Part shown: positions 1 through 5,730 of the stretch, one piece after another
How the letters are laid out: the number at the start of each line of letters is the position of its first letter
Position numbering within the stretch: position 1 is the stretch's first letter
NCBI GenBank assembly: GCA_000220375.1
Contig: GL982576.1
Location: 243,018 to 254,826, forward strand
Origin: Candidatus Nanosalina sp. J07AB43
GTDB taxonomy: Archaea > Nanohalarchaeota > Nanosalinia > Nanosalinales > Nanosalinaceae
Length of the DNA: 11,809 nucleotides
Reading direction: 5' to 3'
Translations under genes and position numbers: made by a program
The notes under the pieces: generated by a model
The model's input: the letters and a program-made list of their open reading frames with translations, nothing else
The model's database searches: none
Told to the model about the DNA's origin: nothing

Positions 1-1061
1 TAACCATATCCTCCCATTGCACACTCTGATCCTAGATTCAACTCATTGCCTCCAGTCAAGCTCGGTAAGAAATCGTATAGCTCCTTCAACTCAACCTGCT
101 GACTCTGTGTAGAATCCTGGTTCTCTGGCGTATAGATCATTAAAGGGACCTCAACCAATGAGTCGGATACCGAAAAGGAGTGCCCTACCCTATCATCCTC
201 ACCTAGGTTCTCGCCGTGATCAGATAAGACAACCACCGCAGTATCTTCCAGCAACCCTTTTTTTCTCATCTTGTCTATGAATTTTCCAAACTCGTCGTCT
301 AAGTAATCAGCGCACGCGTCGTACGCTGAGTCAACCCTATCAACATTGACGTCCTCCAAACCGTTCACTGTCTCATGAGAAAGCTCTTCCTCAAGCTCTT
401 TTTCCGGATTCTGTAGGTGTTTTTCTCTGTAGTCTCTAGGAGGTTCTTTAGGATAATGCACTGTCATCAGATTGGCAAACAGGAAGAAATTACTTTCAGC
501 GTTCTGCATAAACTCTAGTGAGTCATCGAAGACCTTCCTAGTTCTTTCTCCTTTCTTCTCTCCAAACAGTTTTTCCTGTATGCTCTTCAGGCTCTTGTAA
601 CCTCTACCAAAGTGTTCAAACCAGAAGTCAATAAACCACCCTCCATGATTCATGATACTTTTCAAATCCAGATAATCTGATTCATCAGCCTTTTCTACAA
701 CATCTGGTAGATAGTTTTCCAGTTGATCAAAACCTCTTTCAAGACCCGAAGATGATGATATCCAGGGATTATCGCTAAATGCCCCTGTACTATAGCCTTT
801 TTCAGAGAAGATTTCAGGTAATTGCTTAAAGTTATGCTCAAGGTAAAGCGTTTCTTGAGTAGCATTGTGCTTCCAAGGATACTCTCCTGTGAAGATTGAT
901 GCATGTGAAGGTAATGTCCAAGGAGCCTGAGCTACAGCATTTTTGTAGACTACTGAGTTCTTTGAGAACTTCTCAAGATTCTCGGTAAACTCAACATCAT
1001 TATTGTAAACCGAAATCTTGTCCTTTCTTAGAGTGTCTAAGACTATTACAGCAATATTCAT
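1..1061 (-). CDS. Type I phosphodiesterase / nucleotide pyrophosphatase (NPP) family protein, alkaline phosphatase superfamily. The 3' end runs off the window edge.
   Basis: The minus-strand frame is open from ATG (1061..1059) to position 1 (>350 codons). It is absent from the ORF track only because it is partial. Translation starts MNIAVIVLDTLRKDKIS, matching the DGxR-type metal site. TLPSHASIFTGEYPWKHN matches the NPP Thr-nucleophile motif (T-x-P-x-H-x-S-I-x-TG-x-YP-x-xH). AVVVLSDHGENLG matches the SDHG metal-binding motif. There is no signal peptide. The track's 695..904(-) ORF is in another frame inside this gene. Confidence 0.75.
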   Translation of the reverse strand, partial: MNIAVIVLDTLRKDKISVYNNDVEFTENLEKFSKNSVVYKNAVAQAPWTLPSHASIFTGEYPWKHNATQETLYLEHNFKQLPEIFSEKGYSTGAFSDNPWISSSSGLERGFDQLENYLPDVVEKADESDYLDLKSIMNHGGWFIDFWFEHFGRGYKSLKSIQEKLFGEKKGERTRKVFDDSLEFMQNAESNFFLFANLMTVHYPKEPPRDYREKHLQNPEKELEEELSHETVNGLEDVNVDRVDSAYDACADYLDDEFGKFIDKMRKKGLLEDTAVVVLSDHGENLGEDDRVGHSFSVSDSLVEVPLMIYTPENQDSTQSQQVELKELYDFLPSLTGGNELNLGSECAMGGYG

Positions 1062-1120
1062 CTTTTCTACCTACACATTATTTGCTGGGATATGAATTTT
1101 CGCTTTCCTACTCATTTGGC

Positions 1121-1969
1121 TCAGATCTCCTCCATCTTATCCTCTACTTTCTCTTTTACGTCGTCCATATCCATGTCTTCCATTCCTCCTATGTCAAAGC
1201 TGGATAGATCTATATCGGATACGTTGTCAAGCACGTCTTGAAGGCCTTTTTCCGTATCTCCAGAGGTCATACCTCCTACCAGTTCTGTTGGGAAGGTCAC
1301 GATCGTTGAGTTTTCTTCAGCTACTGAGTCTAGAGTCTGCAGTGTTCTCATCCTGTATCCTTTGTCTCCTATAATTTCTGCGGCCTGACGAAGCTTTACA
1401 GATGCTTCAAGTTCTGCCTGTGCGTTTGTTCTTCTGGCTCTTCTGTTCCTTTCTGCTTCGGCCTCGGCAGCCATCGCTCTCTCCATCTTCTCCGGTATGT
1501 TAATGTTTTGTATCTCAACATCTTTGACCTTTACACCGAAGCTGTCGGTTCTGCCATCAAGCTTCTCCTGAATCTCATCTCCTATCTCATCTCTTTTCTG
1601 AAGCAGTTCATCCAGCTCCTTTTTACCTACAAGATCACGCAAAATAGATGTAGCATAGTTCAAGGTCTGCTTCTCGTAGTCACCAACGTTTACAATACAG
1701 TCCTTGACGTCTTCAGTCGTATCCTTCACGTTGAAGAATACCACTCCATCAACCTCAACAGGGATGTTGTCCTTTGTTATTGCTTCCTGTTTCATGACGT
1801 CCACGGAGTCCTCATATACAGGTACCGTGACAGCCTTCTCGACAAAAGGTATTTTGAAGTGTGCACCGGATTTTCTGCTTCTCTCGTAGGAACCAAATCT
1901 TAGTACAATGCTTCTCTCCCATTCATCGTTGAAGAAGAACGGAAAAGGTCCAGATAATGAAAAGCTCAT
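1121..1969 (-). CDS. SPFH/band-7 (stomatin/prohibitin-like) domain protein with no N-terminal transmembrane hairpin and a very acidic C-terminal tail
   Basis: 282-aa ORF with an ATG start. The core ...IVLRFGSYERS..GAHFKIPFVEKAVTVPVYEDSVDVMKQEAITKDNIPVEVDGVVFFNVKD... follows the SPFH consensus. An Ala/Glu/Arg-rich coiled-coil segment (AMAAEAEAERNRRARRTNAQAELEAS) follows the core. The tail is DMDMDDVKEKVEDKMEEI. Confidence 0.8.
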   Translation of the reverse strand: MSFSLSGPFPFFFNDEWERSIVLRFGSYERSRKSGAHFKIPFVEKAVTVPVYEDSVDVMKQEAITKDNIPVEVDGVVFFNVKDTTEDVKDCIVNVGDYEKQTLNYATSILRDLVGKKELDELLQKRDEIGDEIQEKLDGRTDSFGVKVKDVEIQNINIPEKMERAMAAEAEAERNRRARRTNAQAELEASVKLRQAAEIIGDKGYRMRTLQTLDSVAEENSTIVTFPTELVGGMTSGDTEKGLQDVLDNVSDIDLSSFDIGGMEDMDMDDVKEKVEDKMEEI

Positions 1970-2049
1970 ATAACATTATTGTCCTGGGCACTAAGTTAAG
2001 TGTTCCGCACAATTCTGAGAAAGCTTTATGTTATCTTTATTGAATTGGT

Positions 2050-3327
2050 TTACCTTAGGGCAGGGTGTTTGCCTATCCTATCTTTGCCTACTTTCAGCAT
2101 ATTTGGTATATCTCCCAGTTCGAGGAGTTTCAGGCTTTCTGTAAAGTTTCCCTGGTTGATTTTCCTAAGTGCGTCTTGATCGTCATTATCTGACAGCGAA
2201 TCTAAATCTTGGATCAACCGGTTGTACCTGTCGTTGTCCATATTGTACATGAGATAGGTCATAAAGTTTCTCTCCCACCTGTTTTCGGCCACGTTGTTTC
2301 TCCACAGTCTGTCGTACTTCTTCATCATCTGTGCAGAGGTGTCTGTCTCCTCTCTGCCTAGAGCCTCCAAGGCTGTTATACCTGCGTACTTACCGGATTT
2401 CATGGCGGTATCAATTCCTTCTCCCCATAGTGGATCGATCGATGAGACGGTGTCTCCGACCCCCATGACACTGTCAGCACTTACCTGATCAGGTATCTGT
2501 ATGTGAGCCGACCCTTGATGTTTCTCCAAAGGATCAATATCATCTCTAGCCTCGACTTCAGGAAATCTTTCATCCTCAGCTATCCATTCCTCTAAACTGT
2601 CTATTATGTTGAAATCTTCACCTCCATACTCTCTGTGTGCATCAGTGTCAATATAGCATAGACCTGCCTTTGCCGTTCCATCACCGGCGTCAAATATCCA
2701 AGAGTAGCCACCAGGCGCAATGTCATGGTCAAGTCTGAGCATCATAGAATCATTCAGGTCAGCGTGTCCCTCCGCATCCAGATCAGCGTCTTCAAGCAGG
2801 TATTCCCATCCTACTGCCTGCCTATCTCTCTCAAGTTCTATGAATCCGACCTCTTCATCCTGTGCAATAGGGGCGCTCGGTCCTGAACCATCTATAACTA
2901 TATCCGACCTGACGATCTCATCACCACTATACTTGACGCCAGATACGTCACCGTCTTCAATATAGGGAGCATTAACACGTGACCCAAAAGAGAAATCAAC
3001 TCCTCTCTCCTCGGCTTCATCTACCAAGTATTGTTTAAAATCAGCGTACTCAAGTACAGAACCTACCCTATCTTGGGTATAGTGTTCATCAGGTCCTTCG
3101 AGAACGACTTTACCAGTGTTTTTCATCACTACTTCATCAGGTATGTTAAACTCTCCCATCATCCTGGGGAACGATCCTGCAGTGGATTTATTGCTCTGAG
3201 CAGGGTAATCATCAGCGTTTTCAGCCTCGAGGACCGCAACATCATATCCGCGGGAACCGATTGTTTTAGCTGCCTGTGATCCTGCAGGGCCTGCACCTAC
3301 AACCACTACATCATATTCATCTTCCAT
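2050..3327 (-). CDS. Geranylgeranyl reductase family FAD-dependent oxidoreductase (digeranylgeranylglycerophospholipid reductase-like), long haloarchaeal-type form
   Basis: 425 aa. N-terminal Rossmann motif DVVVVGAGPAGSQAAK. GVGDTVSSIDPLWGEGIDTAMKSGKYAG matches the GGR signature GDAAxxxxPxTGEGI. MMKKYDRLWRNNV matches the GGR C-terminal helix. There are acidic insertions and a ~100-aa C-terminal extension. Confidence 0.8.
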   Translation of the reverse strand: MEDEYDVVVVGAGPAGSQAAKTIGSRGYDVAVLEAENADDYPAQSNKSTAGSFPRMMGEFNIPDEVVMKNTGKVVLEGPDEHYTQDRVGSVLEYADFKQYLVDEAEERGVDFSFGSRVNAPYIEDGDVSGVKYSGDEIVRSDIVIDGSGPSAPIAQDEEVGFIELERDRQAVGWEYLLEDADLDAEGHADLNDSMMLRLDHDIAPGGYSWIFDAGDGTAKAGLCYIDTDAHREYGGEDFNIIDSLEEWIAEDERFPEVEARDDIDPLEKHQGSAHIQIPDQVSADSVMGVGDTVSSIDPLWGEGIDTAMKSGKYAGITALEALGREETDTSAQMMKKYDRLWRNNVAENRWERNFMTYLMYNMDNDRYNRLIQDLDSLSDNDDQDALRKINQGNFTESLKLLELGDIPNMLKVGKDRIGKHPALR

Positions 3328-3350
3328 ATCAAATCAATATAATCCGGCGG

Positions 3351-3361
3351 TTTTTATCTAT
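3351..3361 (-). promoter_or_regulatory. ATAGATA + A-rich TATA box for the GGR-family gene (leaderless spacing)
   Basis: The minus strand reads ATAGATAAAAA-ccgccgg-... . The TATA lies about 24-31 nt upstream of ATG 3327. Confidence 0.5.
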
Positions 3362-3424
3362 TCTTATACAGGAGAAACATTCGTTTTCAAGGTTCGTAGC
3401 TGCAGTGTCCAACGCTGTGCTCGG

Positions 3425-3439
3425 ATAGATATTTATATA
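3425..3439 (+). promoter_or_regulatory. ATAGATA + TTTATATA TATA box for the Cys-rich small protein gene
   Basis: ATAGATATTTATATA-gggcggg; the TATA lies 21-28 nt upstream of ATG 3460. Confidence 0.5.
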
Positions 3440-3459
3440 GGGCGGGATATCCATAGTCC

Positions 3460-3768
3460 ATGGAGAAGTATTTCTTACTGGGTGGCGCGGTCGCCCTAGT
3501 ATCTCTGATTCTTGCAGGCGGCGTAGTAGCTTTTGCAGGGTCAAACATGGGTTCTGGACCGGCAGAAGTATCTGCAAACATTGGGGAAAGATGTAGCGAG
3601 GAAGGTGGAAACTATCTCCCAGAACACAATGAATGTGTTGGAATCACTGAAGTCTCTTGCGACTCGCTTGACGGCAGCTTTGATTCCTGTGCCTCAGCAT
3701 GTAGAAACAATCCAGACGCTCAGGTGTGTACACAGCAGTGTGTACAAGTATGTGACGACGTAAGTTAG
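3460..3768 (+). CDS. Small secreted or membrane-anchored cysteine-rich protein (102 aa, 10 Cys, three CxxxC motifs); hypothetical
   Basis: ATG lies 28 nt after a TATA box. N-terminal hydrophobic segment LLGGAVALVSLILAGGVVAFAG, a signal peptide or TM anchor. The acidic mature region carries CSEEGG..NEC..SC..SCASAC..CTQQCVQVC. The overlapping alternative-frame ORF 3533..3763 was judged less likely. Confidence 0.5.
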   Translation: MEKYFLLGGAVALVSLILAGGVVAFAGSNMGSGPAEVSANIGERCSEEGGNYLPEHNECVGITEVSCDSLDGSFDSCASACRNNPDAQVCTQQCVQVCDDVS

Positions 3769-3792
3769 AAATAGGAAAACAGAAATATGGTT
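3768..3792 (-). terminator. Pyrimidine/T-rich tract immediately 3' of tRNA-Trp (candidate archaeal oligo-T terminator)
   Basis: The minus strand after the discriminator reads AACCAUAUUUCUGUUUUCCUAUUUC. Confidence 0.3.
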
Positions 3793-3934
3793 TGGGGGCG
3801 GCATGATTTGAACATGCAACCTTCCGCTATCTCCAATCTAGGATTAATCATCAAACCTGTATAATCTAACAGGTTTTCATTCCTCCAGTAATTGTTCTGG
3901 AGGCGGACGCTCTCCCAGGTTGAGCTACACCCCC
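3793..3934 (-). tRNA. trnW: tRNA-Trp (anticodon CCA) with a 68-nt intron at the canonical 37/38 position. Exons 3897..3934 and 3793..3828; no encoded CCA.
   Basis: Folded manually from the reverse complement. Acceptor GGGGGUG/CGCCCCC (one G-U pair). U8 A9. D-stem GCUC/GAGC, D-loop AACCUGGGA. Anticodon stem UCCGC/GCGGA, loop CU-CCA-GA with U33. Variable loop 5 nt. T-stem GCAUG/CAUGC, T-loop UUCAAAU. Discriminator A73. The 3' splice site sits in a textbook half BHB: 4-bp helix CUCC(32-35)/GGAG followed by a 3-nt AU|A bulge. Confidence 0.9.
3829..3896 (-). ncRNA. tRNA-Trp intron with a candidate half box C/D guide (antisense to the anticodon loop, D'-like AUGA, hairpin, C'-like UGAUGA)
   Basis: The intron contains CUGGAGG (plus-strand 3882..3888), complementary to tRNA positions 31-37. 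G pairs with C34 exactly 5 nt upstream of AUGA (3877..3880). A perfect 7-bp hairpin AACCUGU/ACAGGUU follows, then UGAUGA (3848..3853). Confidence 0.45.
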
Positions 3935-4023
3935 TATGGAAATTAACCTGCAAGATATGAATCCATGACTAGATTTAAATCACTGGACAAGATCCAATCA
4001 GCATAGTCAATGTGTTTATTCAA

Positions 4024-4644
4024 TTACTTAGTTATGAGTACTGCTCTCATCGGAGCGCCATCGGTGTCTATCTTGATAGGCATACCGGAAAAAATGTACG
4101 TATCTGGTTCAACATTCCTGAGGTCTAAGCCTTCAATTACATTCATCTCTTTGTTCGCCTTTTCATGGGCTTTCGTGGCATCCTCTCCGCCGTTGAACTT
4201 AACTAGACTCAGGTAGTCTATGCCTACAGTCTTTACACCTTCCTGTACAAGATACTCCACTCCTTCAAGCGTAAGGTATGTGAAGTCCTCCCTGAAATCC
4301 TGGTACTGATGGTTTGAGTTATCGGTCTTCAAAAGAACTATATCTGCGTCAATGTTTTTCTCTCTCAAATCCTCTATATCAACTTTCTCTCTACATGATG
4401 TCAGGTTTAGAACCTGGGCCTCTCCGTAGAACTGTTCGAGATCAAGGTCCTTCACAGTTTCACCGTTTTCCTGTATATGCTGCGGTGCATCCACGTGAGT
4501 ACCTGTGTGACTTCCTATATCTATCTCAGACTCCGTGGTACTGTCCTCAGGTATCTGCCTGTACTTCTCTATAACCGGTTCCGGATTTCCAGGATAGCAG
4601 ACGATATCCTCTTCAATACTTAATGATACATCAATTACGTGCAT
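4024..4644 (-). CDS. Cyclase family protein (kynurenine formamidase/arylformamidase-like, HxGTHxDxPxH metal-binding motif)
   Basis: GSHTGTHVDAPQHI matches the cyclase-family signature. The protein begins MHVIDVSLSIEEDIVCYPGNPEP, the typical family N-terminus. The ORF track extends to a TTG at 4665, but the first ATG (4644) fits homolog N-termini better. Confidence 0.75.
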   Translation of the reverse strand: MHVIDVSLSIEEDIVCYPGNPEPVIEKYRQIPEDSTTESEIDIGSHTGTHVDAPQHIQENGETVKDLDLEQFYGEAQVLNLTSCREKVDIEDLREKNIDADIVLLKTDNSNHQYQDFREDFTYLTLEGVEYLVQEGVKTVGIDYLSLVKFNGGEDATKAHEKANKEMNVIEGLDLRNVEPDTYIFSGMPIKIDTDGAPMRAVLITK

Positions 4645-4679
4645 TGTTTTCCACTGTACAGCCAATTTGTTCCAGAAGA

Positions 4680-4700
4680 AAATAAATCTAGCTATCTATT
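4680..4700 (-). promoter_or_regulatory. ATAGATA-gctag-ATTTATTTT promoter module upstream of the cyclase gene
   Basis: The minus strand reads ATAGATAGCTAGATTTATTTT. The TATA is centred about 40 nt upstream of ATG 4644. Confidence 0.35.
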
Positions 4701-4758
4701 TTTCCGCACTTACTCAAAATTTTTATGACTAGCAATAGCGAATTAAGGTATTAGGTGA

Positions 4759-5709
4759 GAAATTTTCGGCTTTGATGACTTAATCAACGATATACCTCAT
4801 CTCGAGGTTACTTCTGAGCCTTCAGGCGGGCTTTCAACAGATGAGGTCAGGTTTGGAGAATACGAGGGTAAGGAAGTTTTGATAAAGTATGCATCTGGAG
4901 TAGGCAACGAAAACAACTTACTGAAAGGGTACAGAGCCTGTGAGCATGTCTCTAAGGCAGCGAGCTTTAAAGTTCCAGAACCTGTCAAACTAGTTGTAGA
5001 AAATAATGAGTTGCTGGCTATAGAGGAAAAAGTTGATACAGACTATCCGTCTAGGCAAGATTGGAATGACTCTGATTTTCTCGAGCAAACAGTTCATAAG
5101 GGAGCCCAGATGCTGAACGAGATGTACAGTGACAGGCTTAGCAGGAAGATCCAAGAATCGGGAGTCCTAGTAAGAGAGGACAGGATAGGTCAAGCCATGG
5201 AATATAACCTAGAATTGTTGTCTTCAGAAACAGATAATGAGATATATAGGCTCTGTAAAGATATTATTTCGGCTATCGAGAACACCTCTATCGAAACAGG
5301 TTTCTCTCATAATGACTTCAATATAGACAACATGATTTTTGAACAGGGACATCTGACAGGTCTGTTTGATTGGGAAAACTGTGGTCTAGCAGACAGAACG
5401 CGAGACATAGCACTCTTTGAATCAGCGATAATCGATGAGTACGGTATGTTCTTCCATGGACAGGAGGCAAAGAAGTTCAGGGAGTTGTACAGAAATAACT
5501 TAGAATACAACTTTGATACAGATATGCTTAAAATGTACAGGTTTTTCCAGAACGCTACTGCATACTCCTACGTTTCCAGAGGTCAATGCAGCGAGACTTG
5601 GAACCGCATTGGTACAAACACTGAAATACTGAAACATAGAAAAGAGATACTTGATGACAGGAAGAAACACATCAGGAAAATCGTTTCTAAAGTGCAATCA
5701 CCTGAATAA
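4759..5709 (+). CDS. APH/choline-kinase-fold phosphotransferase (Pfam 'phosphotransferase enzyme family' type); substrate unknown and start codon unresolved
   Basis: Catalytic-loop and DFG-equivalent motifs FSHNDFNIDNMIF...GLFDWENCGLADRTRDIA. Hinge LLAIEEKVD. The frame is open from 4759 and encodes an N-lobe-like segment IPHLEVTSEPSGGLSTDEVRFGEYEGKEVLIKY (Gly-rich loop plus beta3 Lys). The first ATG/GTG/TTG in frame is TTG at 4879, which is the ORF-track start. Confidence 0.65.
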   Translation, partial: EIFGFDDLINDIPHLEVTSEPSGGLSTDEVRFGEYEGKEVLIKYASGVGNENNLLKGYRACEHVSKAASFKVPEPVKLVVENNELLAIEEKVDTDYPSRQDWNDSDFLEQTVHKGAQMLNEMYSDRLSRKIQESGVLVREDRIGQAMEYNLELLSSETDNEIYRLCKDIISAIENTSIETGFSHNDFNIDNMIFEQGHLTGLFDWENCGLADRTRDIALFESAIIDEYGMFFHGQEAKKFRELYRNNLEYNFDTDMLKMYRFFQNATAYSYVSRGQCSETWNRIGTNTEILKHRKEILDDRKKHIRKIVSKVQSPE

Positions 5710-5730
5710 AACACAACGCAATCTATCACC

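Noticed and set aside
695-904. 69-aa minus-strand ORF from the six-frame track
   Set aside because: It lies out of frame entirely inside the long NPP-family reading frame, which has recognisable motifs. It is an overlapping-frame artefact.
1508-1903. Plus-strand ORFs (131 aa and 61 aa) antisense to the SPFH gene
   Set aside because: Low-complexity hydrophobic translations with no motifs, fully embedded in a well-supported gene on the other strand.
2294-3279. Three plus-strand ORFs (64-82 aa) antisense to the GGR-family gene
   Set aside because: Ser/Cys-rich nonsense translations opposite a conserved flavoprotein gene. Shadow ORFs.
3329-3581. Minus-strand ORFs of 82 and 64 aa spanning the divergent promoter region and the 5' end of the Cys-rich gene
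   Set aside because: They cross the TATA boxes and the start of the Cys-rich gene. No features. Rejected as spurious.
3533-3763. Alternative-frame 76-aa ORF overlapping the Cys-rich gene
   Set aside because: The 3460 frame starts at optimal leaderless distance from a TATA box and has a signal peptide plus patterned Cys. The alternative has neither. It is retained only as a caveat, since I cannot compute codon statistics.
3765-3953. 62-aa minus-strand ORF
   Set aside because: It overlaps the tRNA-Trp gene completely. The tRNA fold is unambiguous.
4645-4665. TTG start extending the cyclase gene by 7 codons (the ORF-track start)
   Set aside because: The family N-terminus aligns to the first ATG (MHVIDVS...). 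The predicted TATA spacing would put the TTG at or upstream of the transcription start.
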